From contig DASQDI010000034.1 in NCBI GenBank assembly GCA_035634255.1, positions 32,509-96,508 on the forward strand: 64,000 bases of DNA. Direction: 5' to 3'. The position numbers and the translations under genes are program-made. The notes under the pieces are model-generated. The model did not search any database, was not told the origin of the DNA, and saw only the letters and a list, made by a program, of their open reading frames with translations. This stretch comes from Blastocatellia bacterium (GTDB taxonomy: Bacteria > Acidobacteriota > Blastocatellia > UBA7656). Shown here piece by piece: positions 19,187 through 27,586 of this stretch; the first letter of the stretch is position 1, and the number at the start of each line of letters is the position of its first letter.

Positions 19187-19954
19187 ATGACTACAAGGAG
19201 ACAAGGTAAAGAGACTTCTAAGCAAGGCAACCAACAACAAGCCACAAGGCAAACGTCGCAACAAGCACCTCAGGCATCTCAGGCCAGCGGGCAGGCCGCG
19301 CAAGGCTCTGCCGAAGCGAAGGGCACACAGATACAGCAGGGCGATCAGACCGGGCAAGGAGCCCAAACCGGCCTGGCACGTCAGGGGGCGCCCATGCCAT
19401 CGCTGTTCGGGGCCGACCCATTCAGCCTGATGCGTATGAGCCCGTTCGCCCTGATGCGCCGCTTCACGGAAGAGATGGACAGGATGTTTGAGGATTACGG
19501 CGTGGGCGGCAGCTTGTCGGCTTCGCGATCCGCCGGAGGGCTCCGGCAGGGGGCGGGCTATTTTGCGCCGCAAGTCGAAGTCTTCGAGCGCGAGGGGCAG
19601 CTCGTCGTGCGCGCGGACCTGCCGGGCATGACCAAAGACGACGTGCGCGTCGAAGTGACCGACAACGGGATACTGCTCGAAGGCGAGCGACGCTACGAGC
19701 ATCAGGAGAGTCAGGGCGGCGTGTACCGCTCGGAGCGTTCCTACGGCAGCTTCCGCCGCATGGTGCCTCTGCCCGAGGGCACGAATGCCGAAGACGCGAA
19801 AGCGACGTTCAAGGATGGCGTGCTTGAGATCACGATGCAGGCCCCGCAACAGCAGACCCGCGGACGCCAGATCGAGATTCAGGGCGGCGGCGAGGCTCAG
19901 CCACAGAACCGGCAGCAGGACAGAGCGCAGGCAACAACAGCCGGGAAGCGCTAG
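19187..19954 (+). CDS. Small heat-shock protein, Hsp20/alpha-crystallin family, with ~80-aa Gln/Ala-rich disordered N-terminal extension
   Basis: Alpha-crystallin domain: PQVEVFEREGQLVVRADLPGMTKDDVRVEVTDNGILLEGERR...YRSERSYGSFRRMVPLPEGTNAEDAKATFKDGVLEI. N-terminus is QQQATRQTSQQAPQASQASGQAAQGS... aggagg SD 8 nt upstream of the ATG. Confidence 0.85.
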   Translation: MTTRRQGKETSKQGNQQQATRQTSQQAPQASQASGQAAQGSAEAKGTQIQQGDQTGQGAQTGLARQGAPMPSLFGADPFSLMRMSPFALMRRFTEEMDRMFEDYGVGGSLSASRSAGGLRQGAGYFAPQVEVFEREGQLVVRADLPGMTKDDVRVEVTDNGILLEGERRYEHQESQGGVYRSERSYGSFRRMVPLPEGTNAEDAKATFKDGVLEITMQAPQQQTRGRQIEIQGGGEAQPQNRQQDRAQATTAGKR

Positions 19955-20171
19955 CCGGCAGCAACGAGGTTACCGCGCGGTCATACGGCGGGTGACCGCG
20001 CGGCGACTTCTCATTTTCGACAGCCGATATAAGAGGCTCATCCGTCACGCGTGGGCGCAAAGAAAGATTCAAGATTAGAAAATAAAAGTCCAGCAGCCCA
20101 TAAGCGGCGATGATGAAGTCGATGACCCGGGCGGCGGCTGAATCTTACTGAATCTTTATCCGGAGAAATGA

Positions 20172-21359
20172 ATGAGCGAAACAATTTCCCCGACGAATAA
20201 CGACAGACCGCGGAGGCGCGCGACGAGCGCGGCGCTTCTCACTGCCATTATGCTCTTACTAATCGCGTGCAACAGGACGCCGGAGCGCAACGAGTCAGCA
20301 TCATCCGCGCCATCGAACACGACGCCCGGCTCCGGCGCTCAGACAACTTTCCCGCAGAACTCTTACGCCGATCTGGTGAGCCGCGTCGCCCCGGCGGTCG
20401 TGACGGTTCACTCCGCGCGCCGCGTCCGCGCCCCGAGGCAGCACCCCTTCCTCGACGACCCGCGCTTCCGGGAATTCTTCGGAGACATCCTGCCGCGCGT
20501 CCCCGAGAGCGATGCGCCGCGCCAGATAGGGTTGGGCTCCGGGGTCATCGTCTCGGGAGAGGGGTACGTCCTTACGAATCACCACGTCATCGACGGCGCC
20601 GAAGAGATACAGGTGGAGTTGAATGACAGAAGGACCTACGCCGCGCGGGTCGTCGGCTCCGACCCGCCGAGTGATCTTGCTGTCTTAAAGGTTGACCAGA
20701 GCGACCTGCCGGTACTGGCCATAGGCGACTCGGACCGGGCGCGCGTCGGCGATGTAGTCCTGGCAATCGGCAGCCCGCTCGGGCTCGGGCAGACCGTGAC
20801 GGCCGGCATCATCAGCGCCAAGAGCCGTACGACGGGCCTCTCGGACGGCAGCTTCGAAGACTTCATCCAGACCGACGCGCCGATCAACCAGGGGAATTCG
20901 GGGGGCGCGCTCATCAGCTCCGCGGGCGAGCTCATCGGCATCAACTCGCAGATTCTCAGCACGTCCGGTGGCAACATCGGCATAGGCTTCGCCATCCCCT
21001 CGAACATGGCGAGGTACGTCATGGATCAGCTCATCCAGACGGGCAGGGTGCGGCGCGGCAGCCTCGGCGTGACCTTACGGCGCGTCACTTCGGACGTTGC
21101 CGCGAGCCTCGGGCTACAGGAGGTGCGGGGCGCGCTCGTCGAGTCGGTGATCGCCGGCAGCCCGGCCGAGCGCGCGGGCGTGATGCGCGGCGACGTGGTG
21201 ACGGCTTTCAACGGGACTCCCATCGCCGACACCAACTCTTTGCGCAACGCGGTCGCCGGGACACAGCCCGGCACGGAAGTGACTATGACGGTGATACGCG
21301 AAGGTCGTGAGCAACAACTGCGCGCCACGCTCGGCGAGCTGAACACGGACTCGCGGTAG
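20172..21359 (+). CDS. HtrA/DegP-family trypsin-like serine protease with C-terminal PDZ domain; probable lipoprotein
   Basis: Catalytic-triad contexts: His in LTNHHVIDGA, Asp in SDLAVLKV, Ser in GNSGGAL. PDZ-like segment (SLGVTLRRV...GLQEVRGALVESVIAGSPAERAGVMRGDVV). N-terminal LLLIAC lipobox. Confidence 0.85.
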   Translation: MSETISPTNNDRPRRRATSAALLTAIMLLLIACNRTPERNESASSAPSNTTPGSGAQTTFPQNSYADLVSRVAPAVVTVHSARRVRAPRQHPFLDDPRFREFFGDILPRVPESDAPRQIGLGSGVIVSGEGYVLTNHHVIDGAEEIQVELNDRRTYAARVVGSDPPSDLAVLKVDQSDLPVLAIGDSDRARVGDVVLAIGSPLGLGQTVTAGIISAKSRTTGLSDGSFEDFIQTDAPINQGNSGGALISSAGELIGINSQILSTSGGNIGIGFAIPSNMARYVMDQLIQTGRVRRGSLGVTLRRVTSDVAASLGLQEVRGALVESVIAGSPAERAGVMRGDVVTAFNGTPIADTNSLRNAVAGTQPGTEVTMTVIREGREQQLRATLGELNTDSR

Positions 21360-21378
21360 TCCGCTTTGAAGGAGGATT

Positions 21379-21987
21379 ATGAAGAAAAGGGCTCTGTTGA
21401 GTTTTCTCTGTTCGTTCTGCTGTGTCGCGGGCGCAGCCCTCTTCCAGCCATCGTCCGAAGCGCAGGCTCAGGGAAGCCGGGCTTCGAGACTTCGCATCAA
21501 CGGAACGGTCGTCGGCATCGGCGGGAACTTCGCCGGACGGTCGCGCCCCTTCTCACTGATAGTCAACAGCTATACGGCTACCAATCAGGTGCGCGAGTTG
21601 AATGACTCGCTCGCGCGTGGCGGGCAGGACGAGTTGCTCAAAGCGCTCTCGAAGATGAATGCCGGGCGGATACAGCTAGGCACCGGAGTGGGCGTGAGAG
21701 CTAACGCCGTGATCGCCGAACCGTGGGACGAGGGAGGCACGAAGCTGACCGTATTTTACGAGCGCAACCTAGGCTTTTTCGAGCTGCGTTACGGCACGAG
21801 GTCTCAGGACTACCGCATCGGCTATGCGGAGATATTCCTCGACCGGAACGGCAGGGGAGCGGGGACGCTCATTCCGGCGGCGCGCGTCAGGCTCAGAGAG
21901 GGGGACACGTGGGAGGTTGAGGACTTCGGCGTCTACCCCGCGAGGCTGATGGGCTTGCGGTCAAGCGGGAGCCTTGTGCCCCGCTGA
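21379..21987 (+). CDS. Hypothetical secreted protein (202 aa)
   Basis: Signal peptide MKKRALLSFLCSFCCVAGAALFQPSSEAQAQ. ggagg SD upstream. No recognised domain. Confidence 0.55.
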   Translation: MKKRALLSFLCSFCCVAGAALFQPSSEAQAQGSRASRLRINGTVVGIGGNFAGRSRPFSLIVNSYTATNQVRELNDSLARGGQDELLKALSKMNAGRIQLGTGVGVRANAVIAEPWDEGGTKLTVFYERNLGFFELRYGTRSQDYRIGYAEIFLDRNGRGAGTLIPAARVRLREGDTWEVEDFGVYPARLMGLRSSGSLVPR

Positions 21988-22019
21988 GTGCGCGACTACG
22001 CCGAAAGGGATCACCAAAC

Positions 22020-23633
22020 ATGCCTTCCGACAGGGAACAGACCTTCATCAACGGCAGGATTTTCACGGCGCGCGGCGAGGATGAATTCGTAACCGCATTC
22101 AAGGTTGCCGATGGGAAGATCACCTGGGCCGGCGCTGCGAGCGAAGTGGACGGCTCCGGCGCAATCGACCTCGGGGGCAGGACCGTCCTGCCCGGCTTCA
22201 TCGATGTCCACACGCACCCGACCTACGTGGCGATGACTCTCAACTCGGTCCCCTGCACCGTCCCCGTCGTCAACAACATCCCGGAGATGATCGAGGCCCT
22301 CAGGAAGCACCCGAACTTCGGCAAGGGGCCGAACTACTGGATCGAGGGCTGGGGCTACGACGAGTCCAAGCTCGCCGAGCGCCGCACCCCGACCGCCGAA
22401 GACCTGGACCTTGTCTCGACCACCCAGCCGGTGTACGTGCTACGCTCCGACGCCCACTCCGGCATCTGCAACACCCGCGCCCTGAAGATCGCCGGCATCA
22501 CGAAGGAGACGCCGGACCCGGAAGGCGCGCACTTCGGCCGCTACGAGAACGGGGAGCCGAACGGCATTCTACAGGAGCACGCGGCGAACGACACCGTGCT
22601 GCGAGCCAAGGCGGTCGAAGACTACCCGACAAGGGTCCGGCGCATTGCCGCGACAGCCGCCCACTACAACGAGCGCGGCATCGTGGCCATCACCGACATG
22701 ATGGCAATCACCCGGCCGTTCGACGACCTGCGGGCTTACCGTGACGCCGAGAAGCAGGGCCTCAGGCAGCAGGCGGCCCTCTACTTCACATGGTCCGGGC
22801 TCAAGGACAATCCCATTCCCGACCTGACGGACGAACAGCGCGAGGGGCGGGTCAAGTTCGCAGGCATCAAGCTTTTCGCCGATGGCTCGGTCTCCAACCG
22901 CACGGCATGGATGTGCCGGCCGTATCGCGGCTCCGGGCATGGCTACTCGACGCTCAGCGACGCGGACCTGCATTCCGGCTACGAGTGGGCGAAGAGCAAC
23001 AGGGTGCAGGTCGCGGTCCATGCGATGGGCGACCGCGCGCTCCAGCGCGTCATCGACTTCTTCGCGGACAGAGAGCCGTGGATGGGCGACGGCCTCCCGT
23101 CGGTCCGACTTGAGCACGCGACGCTGCTCAGCCGGGCGCAGATGCGCCGGATGAACGACTCGAAGATGAGCTTCGGCATATCGACGCAGATCATCTTCCT
23201 CTTCGCCGAGTACGACTCCTACTCGGCGAATCTGACTGAAGAAGAGCTGTGGCGCACCTACCCGGTTAAGAGCTTCTACGAGAATATCGAGCACGTAGGC
23301 CTCTCTTCCGACGCCCCGGCCACGACGTGGGCCGACCCGGACAACGTCTTCGTCTCCATCAAGGCCGCGGTGACGCGCAAGGCGTACAACGGCTCGGACA
23401 TCGTTCAGGAGCAGGCCATCACCGTGCCTCAGGCGGTGCTGCTCTACACGGCCCGGCCGGCGACCGTCGCGCCCTACGAGGGCAGGCTAGGTCAGATCGC
23501 CGAAGGGTTCGAGGCCAGCTTCATCATCCTCGACCGGGACATCTTCACCATCGACGCGGATGAGATCGACCGCACTGTAGTAGAGCAGACGTGGCTGCGC
23601 GGCGAGAAGGTCTACGAGCGCGGCGGGGTGTAG
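22020..23633 (+). CDS. Amidohydrolase-family metal-dependent hydrolase (Amidohydro_3-like)
   Basis: N-terminal metal-binding signature GRTVLPGFIDVHTHP. C-terminal ...LSSDAPAT... then IDADEIDRTVVEQTWLRGEKVYERG, the typical amidohydrolase end. Confidence 0.75.
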   Translation: MPSDREQTFINGRIFTARGEDEFVTAFKVADGKITWAGAASEVDGSGAIDLGGRTVLPGFIDVHTHPTYVAMTLNSVPCTVPVVNNIPEMIEALRKHPNFGKGPNYWIEGWGYDESKLAERRTPTAEDLDLVSTTQPVYVLRSDAHSGICNTRALKIAGITKETPDPEGAHFGRYENGEPNGILQEHAANDTVLRAKAVEDYPTRVRRIAATAAHYNERGIVAITDMMAITRPFDDLRAYRDAEKQGLRQQAALYFTWSGLKDNPIPDLTDEQREGRVKFAGIKLFADGSVSNRTAWMCRPYRGSGHGYSTLSDADLHSGYEWAKSNRVQVAVHAMGDRALQRVIDFFADREPWMGDGLPSVRLEHATLLSRAQMRRMNDSKMSFGISTQIIFLFAEYDSYSANLTEEELWRTYPVKSFYENIEHVGLSSDAPATTWADPDNVFVSIKAAVTRKAYNGSDIVQEQAITVPQAVLLYTARPATVAPYEGRLGQIAEGFEASFIILDRDIFTIDADEIDRTVVEQTWLRGEKVYERGGV

Positions 23634-23870
23634 GTCAGTTTTCGACCGCGCGGGCCGCGGGCGCGATTATCCTGCTCTCTTCAACCCTTCTTTACAACAT
23701 TCTGAAAGAGAGGGGCCTGATTGCTCTGGAGCGGCTGATGGGCATGCTGCTGGTGATGATCGCCGTGCAGATGTTCAAAAACGGCGTGGCAAAGTTTCTG
23801 ACGCCGAGTTCATGAGAGAATACTAGAGCGCATCTCATGCGCTCATCCTCGCCGGGCGCGGGCGGGAGTC

Positions 23871-25256
23871 TTGACAGATCGAAGGGATTTAATGGATAAG
23901 AACGCGAACGTTGATGCCGGAAGAGTACCCATGAATGAAAGACCTGAACGACCCGGAGTCGTGATAGTCGGCGGCGGGTTCGGCGGCCTTTACGCCGCGA
24001 AGGCGCTGTCGAATGAAGCGGTCGACGTGACGCTCGTCGACCGCAAGAACCATCACACTTTCCAGCCGCTCCTTTATCAGGTGGCGCTGGCGGTGCTCTC
24101 CCCCGGAGAGATCGCGGCCTCTCTGCGCCACATCCTACGCAACGCGCGCAACGTTAAAACCCTTCTGGGCGAGGTCGTCGGATTCGACACCGCCTCGCGG
24201 ACGGTGGAACTGAGCGACGGCGCGAAACTCGATTACGATTACCTGATAGTCGCCGCCGGAGCGCGGCACGCTTACTTCGGGCATGACGAATGGGAGGGCG
24301 AAGCGCCCGGGCTGAAGACGATTGAAGACGCAGTGGAGATTCGCCGCCGTCTGCTGCTCGCGTTCGAGAGGGCGGAGCGCGAGGCGCTCTTGACCGGCAG
24401 AAAAGAGCCCCTGAACTTCGCCGTGATCGGCGGCGGCCCGACGGGCGTAGAACTGGCGGGGGCCATCGCCGACCTCGCGCGGCTGGGTCTGGCGAAGGAC
24501 TTCAAAGCAATCGACACGACGAAGGCGCGCGTTCGGCTTTACGAGGGTGCCGCGCGCGTTCTGGGGATGTTTTCGGAAGAATCGTCCCGCAGGGCCGAAC
24601 GGCAGTTGCGGGAGCTGGGGGTCGAGGTCCACACCAACAGCATGGTGACGGCGGTCGAGCCGGGGCGGATCAAGGTCGGCGACGAATGGGTCGCGACCGA
24701 CGTCAGCCTCTGGGCCAGCGGGGTCGCCGCCTCGCCGCTCGGTAAGAGGCTCGGCGCGGAGACCGACCGGGCCGGGCGGGTGATGATCGAACAGGACCTG
24801 AGCCTCCCCGGACATCGCGAAGTTTTTGTCATCGGAGACATGTCGGCCCTCACGGACGTGAAAGGCACGCGGGTGCCGGGGCTGGCGGCGGCGGCGATGC
24901 AGCAGGGGAAGGCGGCGGCTCAGAATATCCTCCGCGACCTGCGCGGCCAGAAACGCATCCCATTCGAATACGATGATCGGGGGACGATGGCGACCATAGG
25001 TCACAACCGCGCGGTGGCGGAATTCGGGGAGAAGAAGTTCACGGGCTGGGTGGCGTGGCTGCTCTGGTCGGTGGTCCACGTCTTTCTGCTGATCGGCTTT
25101 CGCAACCGCCTGGCGGTGATGAGGCAGTGGGCATGGGCGTACCTCAAACGCGAGGGAAGCAGCCCACTCATCACCGATTATCAGCGGATAGAGTTCGGCC
25201 TGAAGGGGGCGGAAGAGCAACCGGTCCCCGCCGCCAGTAAGACCACCGAGCCTTAA
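23871..25256 (+). CDS. ndh: Type II NADH dehydrogenase (NDH-2) / FAD-dependent pyridine nucleotide-disulfide oxidoreductase
   Basis: Two Rossmann motifs: GVVIVGGGFGGLYAAKAL and FAVIGGGPTGVELAGAI. VIGDMSAL conserved motif. C-terminal amphipathic/hydrophobic membrane-association segment (GWVAWLLWSVVHVFLLIGFRNR). Confidence 0.8.
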   Translation: MTDRRDLMDKNANVDAGRVPMNERPERPGVVIVGGGFGGLYAAKALSNEAVDVTLVDRKNHHTFQPLLYQVALAVLSPGEIAASLRHILRNARNVKTLLGEVVGFDTASRTVELSDGAKLDYDYLIVAAGARHAYFGHDEWEGEAPGLKTIEDAVEIRRRLLLAFERAEREALLTGRKEPLNFAVIGGGPTGVELAGAIADLARLGLAKDFKAIDTTKARVRLYEGAARVLGMFSEESSRRAERQLRELGVEVHTNSMVTAVEPGRIKVGDEWVATDVSLWASGVAASPLGKRLGAETDRAGRVMIEQDLSLPGHREVFVIGDMSALTDVKGTRVPGLAAAAMQQGKAAAQNILRDLRGQKRIPFEYDDRGTMATIGHNRAVAEFGEKKFTGWVAWLLWSVVHVFLLIGFRNRLAVMRQWAWAYLKREGSSPLITDYQRIEFGLKGAEEQPVPAASKTTEP

Positions 25257-25312
25257 AATCCTCCGACCTGACGGGCGCGCGGGTTGCGCCGTCAGGCGGG
25301 TGAGGAATCGGC

Positions 25313-26095
25313 CTAACCTTGCAGAAGCGACTGCGCGCCATCGATCCATATCTCGGTGCCGGTGATTAAGCTCGACGAGTCCGAAGCGAGAAACAGCACG
25401 AGTCGCGCGACCTGCTCGGGAGTTCCGGGCTTGCCGTCCGTAAGCGGTATCTTACCTTCGGGGAACTCGACCGGCTCGCGCACCCTTTCTAAATCCCGCT
25501 GCTCCGTGCTCTCCTCAATCGAAGTATCAATCGCGCCGGGGCAGATGACGTTGGCGCGCACGCGGTGGCTCGCGAGTTCGAGCGCGATCATCTTCGTGAA
25601 AGCCACCTGCGCGGCTTTCGACGTAGAGTAGGCGGTCGCGCCCGTGTTGCTGAAGATGCGCGTGCCGTTGACTGACGAAGTGACGATGATTGAGCCGCCT
25701 CGTTTTTTCAGGTAAGGCAGGGCGTACTTGACCGTCAGAAACGTCCCCTTGAGGTTGACGCCCAGCGTCTTGTCCCACTCTTCCGGCGAGAGTTCTTCGA
25801 GCGGTGCCCAGACGCCGTTGATCCCCGCATTCGCAAAGACAATGTCGATGCGGTTCCACTCGCCTGCGAGCTTCGCGATGGCGCTCTGCATCTGGTCGGG
25901 CTGCGATATGTCCGCGACGAGAGCCAGCGCCTCGCCGCCCCCGCCGTTGATCTCGGAGACGGTTTGCCGCAACTCATCTTCCGTGTGCCCCAACGCGCCG
26001 ACTCGCGCGCCCTCGCGCGCGAGCAGCAACGCCGCCGCCTTGCCTATACCCGATCCCGCGCCGGTGACGAGCGCGACCCTGCCTTCCAGTTCCAT
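25313..26095 (-). CDS. Short-chain dehydrogenase/reductase (SDR) family oxidoreductase
   Basis: MELEGRVALVTGAGSGIGKAAALLLAREGARV is a TGxxxGxG cofactor motif. Catalytic Y-x-x-x-K in YSTSKAAQVAF. ATG chosen at 26095; the ORF track extends to 26155. Confidence 0.85.
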   Translation of the reverse strand: MELEGRVALVTGAGSGIGKAAALLLAREGARVGALGHTEDELRQTVSEINGGGGEALALVADISQPDQMQSAIAKLAGEWNRIDIVFANAGINGVWAPLEELSPEEWDKTLGVNLKGTFLTVKYALPYLKKRGGSIIVTSSVNGTRIFSNTGATAYSTSKAAQVAFTKMIALELASHRVRANVICPGAIDTSIEESTEQRDLERVREPVEFPEGKIPLTDGKPGTPEQVARLVLFLASDSSSLITGTEIWIDGAQSLLQG

Positions 26096-26460
26096 GACTA
26101 CCTCCCGCCGAAACACAGACTGTTTCGCCGGCGTCGGTGACTCGCGCCCACACACCGGTCGCCGGCCCTGCCGATCACACGATCAAATTCACCATCGCAT
26201 AACTGCGAGGAGATTACCAGCAGCCGATGAGTCGCAGATACCACGCCACGAACAGCAGGAACAACCCGTGGGCGGTCATATTCTCCTGTCACTCCACACC
26301 CGAACTCATTATCTGATTCACGATGCAGGCATCGCCTCGACGCCCGGCGTGCCGGGTCGGAGGGCGGCCTGTAACGTTTTTTCCAGTCTGCCCACTTCAG
26401 TACGAAAGCGATGATACGACACTCGCTTCAGAAAAACTTTTAGAGAGAAAGGATTTACTC

Positions 26461-26832
26461 ATGAAAACCATCAAGAAGATCACAGGGATGATGATTCTCG
26501 CGGCCGTGTTCACTCTCACCTCAGTTACTCCGGGCTTAGCTGGCGCAGTCGGCGGCAGGCAATACAACACCTACAGGCTCTACGGCAATAGCTATAACAA
26601 TTTCGGCGTCACTTTTCGCGGCGGCGAGATCGCTCGCGTTTATGTAAACGGCGACGGCTCAACCGATCTCGACCTCTACATCTACGACCAATACGGCAGG
26701 CTGATCGTCTACGACAATGACTACAGCGACAGCTGCTTCGTCAAATGGTTTCCCATCTACACGGGGACCTTCACCATCCAGGTCGTCAACCGTGGCGGCT
26801 ACTGTAACATTTATAGAATTTCAACCAACTGA
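26461..26832 (+). CDS. Small secreted protein (123 aa) with PPC-like (pre-peptidase C-terminal-type) beta-sandwich domain
   Basis: Signal peptide MKTIKKITGMMILAAVFTLTSVTPGLAGA. The segment GGEIARVYVNGDGSTDLDLYIYDQYGRLIVYDNDYSDSCFVKWFPIYTGTFTIQVVNRGGYCNIYRIS has the same pattern as the N-terminal modules of the three TPR-CHAT proteins at 30021-43406. Confidence 0.55.
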   Translation: MKTIKKITGMMILAAVFTLTSVTPGLAGAVGGRQYNTYRLYGNSYNNFGVTFRGGEIARVYVNGDGSTDLDLYIYDQYGRLIVYDNDYSDSCFVKWFPIYTGTFTIQVVNRGGYCNIYRISTN

Positions 26833-27060
26833 GCTTGCGGCGCAGTCAGCACCCACTCGACGATACGTCAGCGATACCCGAAGCAATCTCCAATCAAATA
26901 ACTGCGACCGGCCAGCGGCGACCCGGGAAACGCCGCTGGCCTTCTCTTTGGCCGCGCCGGGGCTTTGCGCCGGGCGCGGCTTACCGACGCGGTAAGGATT
27001 CAAGCCGAGGGCTGTAATGTTTTCTCACCTTTTTCACAACTGGGTGGAGGAAGGATTAAT

Positions 27061-27474
27061 ATGAAAAACAACACTGAAACACCGACAGTCGCGCTTAAGA
27101 CATGCAACCCATGCGGCGCACAGCTCTCGGCATCTTATCGGTTCTGCCGACTGTGCGGAGCGGACCAGAGTCTTCCGGAATCTTCCACCAAACGACTCGA
27201 CCCCACGCCGGGCCGGGATACGAACGCAAAGGGACTAGTGACGAGGACCGAGCGGGAGGCGTCATCGCAGGCAGCCGGCTACAGTTCGATTTCCGGCTCG
27301 ATAATGAACTCGCTGACCATGTCTGATCTGCCGGTCGCCTCGTCATTGATCAGGAGCCGGGCCGCCAAAAAATTCGTCACCGCGGTCATCGCGCTTCCAC
27401 TCTGGCTGATGATCATTCTGCTCTCGCCCCTCGATGCGCTCGAAGCGTCCAGACGGGTCGCCAGACAATTGTAA
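27061..27474 (+). CDS. Zinc-ribbon domain membrane protein (137 aa)
   Basis: ggagg SD 8 nt upstream of the ATG at 27061. CxxC...CxxC (CNPCGAQLSASYRFCRLCGA). C-terminal hydrophobic helix (FVTAVIALPLWLMIILLSPL). Confidence 0.55.
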   Translation: MKNNTETPTVALKTCNPCGAQLSASYRFCRLCGADQSLPESSTKRLDPTPGRDTNAKGLVTRTEREASSQAAGYSSISGSIMNSLTMSDLPVASSLIRSRAAKKFVTAVIALPLWLMIILLSPLDALEASRRVARQL

Positions 27475-27586
27475 GGCGGCCCGTCTTCGAAGCGGGTTTA
27501 CTACGTGGTTGGCCGAACGGCCTGAGCCCGGCCTGACTTCAGCTCGATCCCAACCATGCTCTTTTCGGATGCACTCCTCCCGCCCG

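Noticed and set aside
22569-23294. 241-aa minus-strand ORF and several 60-110-aa ORFs inside the amidohydrolase gene
   Set aside because: Antisense artefacts. The plus-strand product has clear amidohydrolase motifs.
24135-25349. 404-aa minus-strand ORF
   Set aside because: Antisense to ndh, which has the two Rossmann GxGxxG motifs. Arg/Pro-rich nonsense composition.
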